64,000 nt of DNA, taken from NCBI GenBank assembly GCA_014728035.1, contig WJMJ01000108.1, positions 1-64,000 on the forward strand, in the 5' to 3' direction. The stretch is from Promethearchaeota archaeon. GTDB taxonomy: Archaea > Asgardarchaeota > Thorarchaeia > Thorarchaeales > Thorarchaeaceae. The first letter of the stretch is position 1. The number at the start of each line of letters is the position of its first letter. Positions 48,743 through 57,898 of the stretch are shown one piece after another. The position numbers and the translations under genes are program-made. Under the pieces are notes generated by a model. It worked only from the letters and a program-made list of their open reading frames with translations. It made no database searches and was not told the origin of the DNA.

Positions 48743-49366
48743 ATGCCAAGTGACTGGGATTATTTTATGGATAATTTCTTTGGAGACCCCTACATGATGT
48801 GGCATGATGGTATTGACCCAACAGCCGCCGCTAGATTAACAGGAGAAGAACGTGCTAAAGCGGAAGATATGCTAATCGAGTCCCTAAAAGAGGGTAGCCA
48901 TTATGCTGCTCGGGGCCTAGGTGAAATGAAATCACAGAAAGCTATTCCCATATTGAAAGAAATATTATCAAAAAGCCAGAGACATCTGAAAATAGAGACC
49001 GCAGCTGCTTTGAATCAAATTGAGAATACAACAAAATATGTAAAGTATATCACAGAAATTCTCACAAGTAATGCTCATTGGTCCACAAAAATTGTGGCTG
49101 CAATGCGGTTAAAACGCTATAAAACTCAGGAAGCTATTGATGCTCTCTTTCAAGGGATGTTAGACCATGATTATCTAGTAAGAAATCATTCTGCTGAATC
49201 ATTACTTCACATTCATGGATTTCCAGCTAGTATATCAGAGTACAAAGAGATATTCAAATTGATTATTCATGATTTTGATGATTCTTCCAAAGAAACAATT
49301 GCTAAATCTCTAAAAGTGTATAGAGAGGCAGTAAGGCAACTGAAAGAACTAATGGGAGTTACTTAG
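48743..49366 (+). CDS. HEAT-repeat protein (paralog 2)
   Basis: Collinear with the upstream gene (FF.DPYMMW..GIDPT; D..YLVR.HSAESLL.IHG). Likely start MPSDWD. Confidence 0.8.
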   Translation: MPSDWDYFMDNFFGDPYMMWHDGIDPTAAARLTGEERAKAEDMLIESLKEGSHYAARGLGEMKSQKAIPILKEILSKSQRHLKIETAAALNQIENTTKYVKYITEILTSNAHWSTKIVAAMRLKRYKTQEAIDALFQGMLDHDYLVRNHSAESLLHIHGFPASISEYKEIFKLIIHDFDDSSKETIAKSLKVYREAVRQLKELMGVT

Positions 49367-49589
49367 TTCAATTTCGATGTTAATATTTCATGTAATATGA
49401 TTCCACTTCTTTGCTTAGAACCATAGGTCTTAGGAAAGTAATCCTGCTCTGAGGATAATTCTAAGGAAATCGGTAGAATCTAAATCGCTAGTATATCAAA
49501 ATAACTCTTAACAATATAATCTCCATCTTCAGTTTTGGAATCTATCATCTCCAACGAATAGCAATATTACAACTGGATGAGATATCTTA

Positions 49590-51143
49590 ATGGATGAGCT
49601 TACATCAATATTAGCAGAACAATCAGTTCTTTGCCATATACAAATTACTGCAAATCATATCAGCTATGTAAATTCGGCTTTTGCAAAATTAACAGGTTAT
49701 TCGTGTGAAGAGTTGAAATTAATGAGTAGTGCTGATTTACAGGATCTTGTTCATCCATCATATCGAAACTTACATCCTTGGTGCATCTCGGATGAATTCG
49801 TCAGCACTGAACCCAATCATCAGGAATTTGTTCTCATCAGAAAAGATGGTTGTCTTGTTGATGTTGAATCCTTTTCAAAGACTATTTTCGATGATGGAGT
49901 GAAATCTGTAGTTACCATATTATTCGATATCTCAGAGCGGCATAGATTTGAACAAGCCAAAGATGCCATGCTTGATATCACAAAGGAAGCTACTGAAACC
50001 ATTTCAATCGCCTCTTTATTGAAGAAGATACATACCCATCTATACAAGCTGATAGATGCTTCCAATTTCTATGTTGCACTCTATGATGAAAAGACTGCTC
50101 TGTATTACTTTCCTTATGCAATAGATGACCAAGATGATGATTTTTCACCTCAGCCGCTTAAGGGAAGTCTTACTGACTATGTTCGTCGAACTGGAAAACC
50201 TATGCTGATTGATGACGAAAAACATCGAGAACTCGCTGAAAGTGGTGAAGTCGGATATGTTGGACCTGATTCTCCATTATGGATGGGGGCACCTCTCGTA
50301 ACACGAACTGGAATCATCGGTGTTGTAGCTGCTCAATGGTATCAGGTACCTACGAAAGGGCACAAAGCTGATTTAGACTTGCTCTCTTATGTTTCCAAGC
50401 ATATCGCTTGGGCAATTGAGCGAAAACGTGCTGATGCCTTCCTACGTGAGAGTGAACGGAAATATCGTACCGTTTCAGAACGAGCATTGCTTTACTTAGA
50501 TCTAATGGGGCATGACATCAGAAATCAACTACAAGTGGCTGTTGGGGCTACTGAACTTCTGAAGCTAAAACATCATGAAACCGATTTTATCAGCACATTA
50601 GATATGATTCTCTTAGCGTTAGAGAATTGCCTTTCGGTGATATCACAGATCAAAGCAACTGAGTATCTTATGGATTTGGAACTAACTCAGACCGAAATTG
50701 GAAAGATTTTGAGAGAGTCAGTCGATTATATGCTGCAGAATTATCCTCAAGTTGAAATCGATTTAAAAATCCCCTCTGACGAGTTTTATATATGGGCAGA
50801 TCGTTTCTTAGGCCTTTTGTTTCGAAACATTATGGAGAATGCAGTAGTTCATAACAACTCAAATCAGATTCGATTATGGGTTTCTCTGAAACAAGAACAT
50901 GACGGGTACAGTATTACAATAGAGGATAATGGGCCTGGAATACCCAAGAAAAGAACCTCATTACTCTTTGATAAAAAACGTCGATATGGTGGAGTTGGGC
51001 TTCATCAATCAAAACATATTGTTGACAAATACAATGGAACAATTGACATCATCAACTGTACTGAAGATATACCAAAAAGAGGGACTAGAGTGAAGATTTG
51101 GTTTCCTATGATGAGTCACTCTGATTCAATGACTGATATCTAA
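49590..51143 (+). CDS. PAS-GAF sensor histidine kinase
   Basis: YVNSAF.KLTGYS PAS; GAF (SWMGAPL-like LWMGAPL); HDIRNQL; ENAVVH; EDNGPGI; GVGL. Confidence 0.9.
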   Translation: MDELTSILAEQSVLCHIQITANHISYVNSAFAKLTGYSCEELKLMSSADLQDLVHPSYRNLHPWCISDEFVSTEPNHQEFVLIRKDGCLVDVESFSKTIFDDGVKSVVTILFDISERHRFEQAKDAMLDITKEATETISIASLLKKIHTHLYKLIDASNFYVALYDEKTALYYFPYAIDDQDDDFSPQPLKGSLTDYVRRTGKPMLIDDEKHRELAESGEVGYVGPDSPLWMGAPLVTRTGIIGVVAAQWYQVPTKGHKADLDLLSYVSKHIAWAIERKRADAFLRESERKYRTVSERALLYLDLMGHDIRNQLQVAVGATELLKLKHHETDFISTLDMILLALENCLSVISQIKATEYLMDLELTQTEIGKILRESVDYMLQNYPQVEIDLKIPSDEFYIWADRFLGLLFRNIMENAVVHNNSNQIRLWVSLKQEHDGYSITIEDNGPGIPKKRTSLLFDKKRRYGGVGLHQSKHIVDKYNGTIDIINCTEDIPKRGTRVKIWFPMMSHSDSMTDI

Positions 51144-51215
51144 TCTATTGTACAAGATTCTAACTCCCACAATACTTTTCTCGTTGAACATCTCCCTTTT
51201 GCAAGGGTACATCTC

Positions 51216-52883
51216 GTGAAATTTGCAATGGCACAGGTCAACTCGATTGTTGGCGATATTGAAGGAAATACCACTCGAATTATCGAATACATTGAGAGAG
51301 CGAAGAGCCAAGGAACGGATATTATTGCATTTCCAGAGCTTGCAATTACTGGGTACCCTCCTCAAGATCTGTTGTATGAACGTTCTTTTCTAGAAGCAAA
51401 CAGGCAAGCTCTAGACAATATTTTGCCCTACTCAAAGGACATAGTCGTCATAGTTGGGTTTGTCGATTTTGATTCGGACCATCTATTCAATACTGCTGCT
51501 GTTATGAACGATGGTAAGATTGTCGCTTATGTTAACAAAACCCTCTTACCAACATATGATGTGTTTGATGAGGAACGATACTTTGAATGTGCCAAGGAAA
51601 AAGACATCAAACCTGTCCTCGTAGAAGTGAATGATACCCGACTACATCTAGGAGTTGAGATTTGTGAAGATTTGTGGGATAAGAAGTATCCAATCAAAGT
51701 TACGGACCTTCTTGTAGAACGTGGTGCCGATCTAATCATCAATATTTCTGCCTCTCCTTTTCATATCAAAAAGCGATTTGAACGTGCGGAATTGTTAACT
51801 GAAAAAGCCAAAAAAAATCGTGTCCCAATTTTCTATGTCAATTTGGTGGGTGGACAGGATGAACTTGTCTTCAGTGGTCTTAGTACAGCCATTGATTCTG
51901 CTGGAAATGTAATGGCATATTGTAAGCAGTTTGAATCAGATTTGGTTGTTCTTGATTTCGATTTGGAATCAGGAACAGGTCCTATTACTGAACTGCCTCC
52001 TTATCACGAAGAATCTGAGATGTATAATGCACTTGTTCTTGGCATTCGTGACTATTTTCGTAAGACTGGATTTGAACGTGCAATCCTTGGGTTGAGTGGT
52101 GGTATTGACTCCTCTATCACTGCATGCATAGCTGTTGATGCGCTAGGTAAAGACAATGTGATTGGGGTCTCAATGCCCTCTAAATATTCAAGTGATCATA
52201 GTAAATCTGATGCTGAGAAATTAGCTGAGAATCTAGGAATCCGTTTTCTAAAATTCTCCATTCAGGATATTGTTGACTCCTATCATCGTACACTTGAAGC
52301 CCCGTTAGCACAAATCCGTGAATCCTACGGGATTAGCATACAGCAAGACGACCCTGTTGCTGATGAGAATATTCAACCTAGAGCTAGAGGAAATTGTTTA
52401 ATGGACTTCTCAAACCGTCTTCGAGAGCTGAAGATTTTAGTTCTTAATACTGGAAATAAAACCGAGCTGGCCTTGGGATACTGTACTCTTTACGGTGATA
52501 TGACTGGTGGTGTAGGCGTCATCGGAGATGTCAGCAAACTTGAGGTCTATAAATTATCACACTATGTTAATGAACGGGAGAGCCGAGAGGTCATACCTGA
52601 AGGCTCTCTGAAAAAGAAACCCTCTGCTGAATTGAAATTCGACCAGTATGACCCTTTTGATTTCGATATTGTGAGCCCAATGGTCGATGAAATTGTTGAA
52701 AACCGCAGAGGAAAACAAGAACTAATTGATTTAGGTTATCCTAAAGATGTAGTTGAAGATGTATATAGACGTGTTCGTCAATCTGAATATAAGAGATGGC
52801 AAGCGCCACCCTGTATTCGGGTGACGCGTAGATCTTTCGGTATGGGTTGGAAGATGCCTATTGTAAATTGGTATCGTGAATAA
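51216..52883 (+). CDS. nadE: Glutamine-dependent NAD+ synthetase
   Basis: Nitrilase domain FPELAITGYPP/EICED; synthetase GLSGGIDS, ENIQPR.RG, TGNKTE, GYCTLYGD, PSAEL. Confidence 0.95.
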   Translation: MKFAMAQVNSIVGDIEGNTTRIIEYIERAKSQGTDIIAFPELAITGYPPQDLLYERSFLEANRQALDNILPYSKDIVVIVGFVDFDSDHLFNTAAVMNDGKIVAYVNKTLLPTYDVFDEERYFECAKEKDIKPVLVEVNDTRLHLGVEICEDLWDKKYPIKVTDLLVERGADLIINISASPFHIKKRFERAELLTEKAKKNRVPIFYVNLVGGQDELVFSGLSTAIDSAGNVMAYCKQFESDLVVLDFDLESGTGPITELPPYHEESEMYNALVLGIRDYFRKTGFERAILGLSGGIDSSITACIAVDALGKDNVIGVSMPSKYSSDHSKSDAEKLAENLGIRFLKFSIQDIVDSYHRTLEAPLAQIRESYGISIQQDDPVADENIQPRARGNCLMDFSNRLRELKILVLNTGNKTELALGYCTLYGDMTGGVGVIGDVSKLEVYKLSHYVNERESREVIPEGSLKKKPSAELKFDQYDPFDFDIVSPMVDEIVENRRGKQELIDLGYPKDVVEDVYRRVRQSEYKRWQAPPCIRVTRRSFGMGWKMPIVNWYRE

Positions 52884-53573
52884 TCATGCTCCAAGAATTA
52901 TCGTTTCGATGAGCAGGTGGAAGAATGAGGTGTTACCCATGTATATGACCATTACCGAGAAAGCGGCTAGTACATAAGCAAACACACTTCGTTCAATCAC
53001 AATGTCATATGCTACATGCGCTGTGATTCCAAGAATGACTTCTGGCAAAATGATGTATATTGCCACTGGGCCAATCATCGCAACATTTTGAGCATACCAT
53101 GAAGGAAGCATCCACATTGTTGCTTCTGCGGATACAAAGATGAACAGTGATAATATTGCTACAACTAGATAAGACATCATATAGGAATGTTTCTTCTGAA
53201 TCTGCCTGCCAATAAACACGATTGTGAATATCGGAATAGTCCAGAGTCCTGCCATATATCCTGATACTGGACCTATTTTGAAAAGTCCGTCCGCTGGAAA
53301 CACTAACACTTCAAGCTCGGATGCTAAAAACCAATCCGGAAATATCATGAATAGACTCACCAGGAATGAAAACGACCACAATGCGATCCAATCACGATGG
53401 CCCCAATAATATCCTCCAATTGGAATCATTAGATTGTAGGCTACTACCAGAAAAAACAATCGCGGTCCAATATCTATTCCTATTGGAAGAATCAGAGCAA
53501 CAGCAGCAAAAATAGCGAACAATCCATGAAGGACCAACAGGTCTCGGATATGTGGTTCTTTAATCATCTCCAT
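52884..53573 (-). CDS. Multi-pass membrane protein (hypothetical)
   Basis: About 7 TM helices; PDWFLA..L.VLVFP. Likely start MEMIK at 53573. Confidence 0.7.
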   Translation of the reverse strand: MEMIKEPHIRDLLVLHGLFAIFAAVALILPIGIDIGPRLFFLVVAYNLMIPIGGYYWGHRDWIALWSFSFLVSLFMIFPDWFLASELEVLVFPADGLFKIGPVSGYMAGLWTIPIFTIVFIGRQIQKKHSYMMSYLVVAILSLFIFVSAEATMWMLPSWYAQNVAMIGPVAIYIILPEVILGITAHVAYDIVIERSVFAYVLAAFSVMVIYMGNTSFFHLLIETIILGA

Positions 53574-53734
53574 CTTATCATCTCCTCTTTGCCAGATGAA
53601 TACGTATCTATGCAAGATTCTAGCGAAAACCGACTCATAAATTATGGCATTATTTAGAGTAAACATACTTATTTTGCTTCGTGATGGTGTATTTTTCAAA
53701 TATCTGTTTTTAGATAATAACGAGGAAGTAAGCA

Positions 53735-54628
53735 TTGTCAGAAAAACTTGGTCAATTAGACTGTATTTTTGTCGTTGATAATACAGGCTCCATGGGGCCA
53801 TATATTCAAACAGTTCAAGAAAAGATTATTGAAATTATCCGTACAATAAAGAAAGAGGAATTAGTACATCGGCTCCGAGTTGGAGTGGTATCTTATCGAG
53901 ACCATCCTCCTGAGGAAAACACTTTCGTCGTACAATTCCATCATCTCACAAATGATACAAAGAAGATTGAGGAAGCTGTTAGAAGCATGTCTGCTAGTGG
54001 TGGTGGAGATGGACCAGAGGCGGTAGCAGATGGTATTGAGGCTGCCATGAGAATGGAGTATTTGTCAGATGCTGCTAAAGTTATGATTCTTATTGGAGAT
54101 GCTCCGCCGCATGGTGTTGAAGATAGTGATAGATGGAGGAAATGTCCTGAAGGGATAAGTTGGGAGATGGAGATACAGAAGGCATTTGAGAAGGGAATAG
54201 TCATTCATTCAGTAGGCTGTTTCCCTGAGATTGCAAGATATCAAAATGCGGTCAAGACCTTTGAAACGATTGCAAGAACCACAAAGGGGAATTTCTTCCC
54301 TCTCAACAAAGCAGAACTTCTAGTCGAACTAATCACTGGTATTGCCGTGGAGGAGGTAGACAAAATAGCTATCCAGCAGCAGATTCTTGAGGACCTCGGG
54401 GTAAGTGTTGATGAGCTTCCTGCTGATGAAGAACTCACCGCTGATAAGATTGCAGCATTAGCAGTTCGACTTAGATCAAAAGGTGTAACAAGACGTGCAG
54501 TTCATCACACTGTAGATATGTCTGCCGCAGCAGGCGCTCCTAAAGCAGAAACTGTTGAAGTTGCTGAAAAAGAATTGGATGAAGAAGACGTGAAAGAAGC
54601 AATCCGTCAGCTTCGGAAGAAAAGATAA
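53735..54628 (+). CDS. von Willebrand factor A (vWA) domain protein
   Basis: MIDAS DNTGSM, YRDH, GGGDGPEA, IGDAPPHG. Confidence 0.88.
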   Translation: MSEKLGQLDCIFVVDNTGSMGPYIQTVQEKIIEIIRTIKKEELVHRLRVGVVSYRDHPPEENTFVVQFHHLTNDTKKIEEAVRSMSASGGGDGPEAVADGIEAAMRMEYLSDAAKVMILIGDAPPHGVEDSDRWRKCPEGISWEMEIQKAFEKGIVIHSVGCFPEIARYQNAVKTFETIARTTKGNFFPLNKAELLVELITGIAVEEVDKIAIQQQILEDLGVSVDELPADEELTADKIAALAVRLRSKGVTRRAVHHTVDMSAAAGAPKAETVEVAEKELDEEDVKEAIRQLRKKR

Positions 54629-54641
54629 TCTACTTTAATTC

Positions 54642-54664
54642 AGGTTCGTATCATATACGAACCT
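54642..54664 (+). terminator. Perfect 10-bp hairpin after the vWA gene
   Basis: AGGTTCGTAT-CAT-ATACGAACCT. Confidence 0.55.
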
Positions 54665-54760
54665 TCCTATATTCTAACAATCTTTGAAGAATTTCACGGG
54701 AAATGATACTCGAGTAAGATTCAATTTCACCTAGTAGCTGAATATGTCGAGAACCATAAA

Positions 54761-54929
54761 GTTGGTGGTTTCGGTCCGCAGAGCAACTGGTAGGAGGGGG
54801 GAGTTTTCCTCGTGGACAGGGAATTCCTGTTCATATACGATTTTGACCACAATGAGGGCATGTTCCACCTTCCTCTCGTATTGAGAAGAGGTTTACAGAA
54901 ACTAGGTGCCCTGCAGCCTCGACCACCAC
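54761..54929. ncRNA. Candidate ~170-nt structured RNA (or miniature inverted-repeat element)
   Basis: 88 of 170 bases are GC, against 27 of the next 100. The ends pair over ~30 bp and there are internal hairpins. No credible protein. Confidence 0.55.
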
Positions 54930-55032
54930 TATAATTCATGCATATCTTCCTAATATCTTCTTTGTTTTATTGTATATTTTCCACTACCGTATCATTCAAT
55001 TCATCAAAAGAATATGGTAATGTGGTAATCAT

Positions 55033-55473
55033 ATGACTGAGGAACACAGGTACGAGTTAGAAAGTGAGTTTGTCAGAGAAAAGATTGTTAGAATATCGAT
55101 TTCTGGCAAACCCGAATTCGAGGTTGCGACTCCACCAGATTTCTGGGAAGATTCTCCTAAAGGAATGTTGTCTCCTGAAGATCTGTTCTTAGCATCAGCA
55201 GTTTCTTGCTACGGAGTGTCTCTCTCTGGAGTTTCAAAACGATATCATGCAGATTTTATTTCCTTTAAGATATCAGCTCATGGGCATTTGAAGAAAGGTG
55301 ATTACGGTTGGGAATTTGCTGAGATTACTATAGAAGTAATTATTACAGTTCCCACATCAAAGGATAAGAAGAAAATGGAGAAGGCAGCAGATCGTGCACA
55401 CAAGTATTGCGTTGTTTCAAACTCCATGAAATGCCCAGTTCATCTGAATGCAGATGTGATTATTGAAAATTAA
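55033..55473 (+). CDS. OsmC/Ohr family protein (paralog 1)
   Basis: SPEDLFLASAVSC ... AHKYCVVSNS. Confidence 0.88.
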   Translation: MTEEHRYELESEFVREKIVRISISGKPEFEVATPPDFWEDSPKGMLSPEDLFLASAVSCYGVSLSGVSKRYHADFISFKISAHGHLKKGDYGWEFAEITIEVIITVPTSKDKKKMEKAADRAHKYCVVSNSMKCPVHLNADVIIEN

Positions 55474-55532
55474 CAGTTACCAAATGTAACAATATTTAAG
55501 TTAAGGATAACTTAGCAGTCATGGTTTAGGTT

Positions 55533-55967
55533 ATGACTGAACACAAATATGCATTGCAAGCTGAAACTACAGATGACCATATTGTTACCGTATCCATGGA
55601 GGGAATGGATGATTTTGAAGTAACGAGTGCGCCTGACTGGTATCCTGATGCCAAAGAAGGATTATTTTCTCCGCAGACCATGTTTGTTTCTGCATCAGCA
55701 TCCTGTCTTATCTTGTCTGTTTTCAAGGCTGCAAAACGTCTTCACACTGACTTCAAACACATTTCAATTGATGCATTAGGAACTATGGGCGAAAATGATG
55801 ACGTCTGGTCTTTTGCTAAGATTGAACTTAAGGTAAAAGCAGTAGTAGAAAATGAAGGTCAAATAGATAAGATCTCCAGAGCAATTGATTTGGCTCATAA
55901 GACTTGCCCAATTGCCAACACATTGAAGTGTCCTACTATTATCAATAAGGAGATTATTGTAGGTTAA
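55533..55967 (+). CDS. OsmC/Ohr family protein (paralog 2)
   Basis: SPQTMFVSASASC ... AHKTCPIANTL. Confidence 0.85.
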   Translation: MTEHKYALQAETTDDHIVTVSMEGMDDFEVTSAPDWYPDAKEGLFSPQTMFVSASASCLILSVFKAAKRLHTDFKHISIDALGTMGENDDVWSFAKIELKVKAVVENEGQIDKISRAIDLAHKTCPIANTLKCPTIINKEIIVG

Positions 55968-56021
55968 TCGTAATCAATGAGGATGCCAGATTTACTTTTG
56001 ACAAACGATTGTTCTCTGGCA

Positions 56022-56411
56022 TCATTCATTATTTTCTTCAAGTTGTGGTAAAGGGATTTCTGCGGTAAATTCGTTTCCACAAGTACAGCTGAGACCAACA
56101 GACCATTTCTTCGGAACTGGTACCTTGAATTCTTCAATGACTTCTTTTAGACTGTTTCGAATTCCTGATATGAGTCTAACGTAGGCACCGGATAATCTCT
56201 GCACTTCTTCTGCGAAATCCAAATCTGAAATGAAGTACTGGAACGCTTCTTTGCATTCTGGACAAGTAGTCAGAAGCATGTTAGTATGATCTTGGCATTT
56301 TTCGCAAATTACTTCAGAACGGGTCATTTCTGGTGCTATAGCTACATCAATTGTGTGATGAATTTTATTTCCACACACACTACAATACTGTCTAAATGAG
56401 AACTCTGGCAT
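56022..56411 (-). CDS. Multi-Cys zinc-binding protein
   Basis: CSVC, CEKC, CPEC, CTC. Confidence 0.75.
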   Translation of the reverse strand: MPEFSFRQYCSVCGNKIHHTIDVAIAPEMTRSEVICEKCQDHTNMLLTTCPECKEAFQYFISDLDFAEEVQRLSGAYVRLISGIRNSLKEVIEEFKVPVPKKWSVGLSCTCGNEFTAEIPLPQLEENNE

Positions 56412-56510
56412 CTTTTTTTCTCCTATCCTAGTAAGTAAGCAAGCCCTCTAAAAGTATAACGTATATGAATTTCGAGAATTGTTATATGGTATTACCCTTG
56501 CTAAATCAAT

Positions 56511-57122
56511 ATGGAAACTCAACCAAATACAGATGGAAAAATAGAGAACCAGCTCAAGTCTTTGTTTGAAGATAATAAAGCATGGGGGGTTCTCTGTCTT
56601 GTTCTATCCATTATCCTTTGTTACTACTGGGGAATTAATTCCTTACTTACTGAAGTTCCAATCATAATAGTACTTGGTTGTGTTGGTGGCATCGTCCTTT
56701 ATACCCAGTCTCTTCCGTATTGGAGAATCACTTCTTCCAGGAACCACTCAAAATTGTTTATCAAGAGTGCATATTCATGGACGAATGCTATCGATGTAGC
56801 AATCGGTCATTCAATTTCTTTTACCTTACTCTGGTTTGTAACTCGCAGTGGTTTTCTAGAACCCTATCCCGCCCAAGTGGTCGGAACCATTGCAATCATA
56901 TTGTATGTGTTAGTTGTCCCTCTACCATTATTTCTTAGCAGATTGCCAAGAGTTTCATTTTTCAAGACTACTGCAGTAATTGAATATTCCGAACAATCAA
57001 TCATTGTAGATTCTTATGATATTCATCCATTTGATAAGCTTGCTAAAGTTGAGTCTCCAAAGAGAATATTGCATGACTTTCTCATTACGAAGGACCTCGA
57101 AAAAGATAGACTGCAATCCTAA
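56511..57122 (+). CDS. Four-TM membrane protein (hypothetical)
   Basis: Hydrophobic helices; 203-aa ORF. Confidence 0.65.
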   Translation: METQPNTDGKIENQLKSLFEDNKAWGVLCLVLSIILCYYWGINSLLTEVPIIIVLGCVGGIVLYTQSLPYWRITSSRNHSKLFIKSAYSWTNAIDVAIGHSISFTLLWFVTRSGFLEPYPAQVVGTIAIILYVLVVPLPLFLSRLPRVSFFKTTAVIEYSEQSIIVDSYDIHPFDKLAKVESPKRILHDFLITKDLEKDRLQS

Positions 57123-57130
57123 GAGAGATG

Positions 57131-57847
57131 TCAGACTCTCTTCTCAAGAACACCAACATAGAGACCTGCTTCTCCATCGAATTTTCTCTTGATTGTCCAT
57201 CCTGCTTGGTTAGCAATCAATTCCATATCTTTCTCATCAACCATTAATAGGCTGAACCAATCCCCAATTGCTTCTTTGTATCGGATTCTTATTGTGACAT
57301 ATCCTGGTGGTAGATTCTGTTCTCGGTTCTTTTGATGGTATTTTATGTGTGCTTCGTTATCTGTGCTTTCTGGGTTTCTGCTACAAGCTAGAATAATTGC
57401 ATTATCTGTTGATATTCTATAAATGTCCTTTAACATTTTTACAATCTTATGGGTCTCGCCAAGGATTCCAAAATTATTCCCAAATAGCACAATTGTGTCA
57501 AATGTATTCTTTGGATAATCCATTTCAGCAGCTGACATAAGACTAACGTTTTGCAAGCCTCTTTTCTTACATGCTTCTATTGCAGACGGAGAATTATCGA
57601 TACCTGTTCCCTCAATTCCAATCTTTTTGAGATATTGTAATACGCGTCCTGCACCACAACCAATATCGAGTACTTTCCCTCTTGCCAATTTTATTGCGTT
57701 TCTCTCACAACTGAACCAATCTTGTATTGGAGCTGAATATTGCTTGACTGAACCTTTTGTCGTGTATCCATCATCTCGTTCAATTTCATATTCATCTTCG
57801 AATCCAGACAGTGCATCTTCCATAATCTTTCCAAAGACATCTTGCAT
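57131..57847 (-). CDS. Class I SAM-dependent methyltransferase
   Basis: VLDIGCGAG, GIDNS, FDTIVLFGNN. Confidence 0.9.
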   Translation of the reverse strand: MQDVFGKIMEDALSGFEDEYEIERDDGYTTKGSVKQYSAPIQDWFSCERNAIKLARGKVLDIGCGAGRVLQYLKKIGIEGTGIDNSPSAIEACKKRGLQNVSLMSAAEMDYPKNTFDTIVLFGNNFGILGETHKIVKMLKDIYRISTDNAIILACSRNPESTDNEAHIKYHQKNREQNLPPGYVTIRIRYKEAIGDWFSLLMVDEKDMELIANQAGWTIKRKFDGEAGLYVGVLEKRV

Positions 57848-57898
57848 ACGGATAATCTACTTTTCTAAAAAATAAAGATGTCCATATTACAGTAGAAA

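Noticed and set aside
53574-53801. N-terminal extension of the 305-aa membrane ORF
   Set aside because: Runs through the divergent promoter and overlaps the vWA start; an RBS (GAGGAG) precedes the ATG at 53573.
54761-54929. RNase P RNA, SRP RNA, tRNA (3' ACCA) or cobalamin riboswitch
   Set aside because: The CR-I-like motif has no complementary CR-V on the same strand; there is no SRP helix-8 motif, no cloverleaf or T-loop, and the B12-like words are in the wrong order.
54727-54939. 70-aa ORF over the structured element
   Set aside because: No protein-like features; base pairing explains the sequence better.
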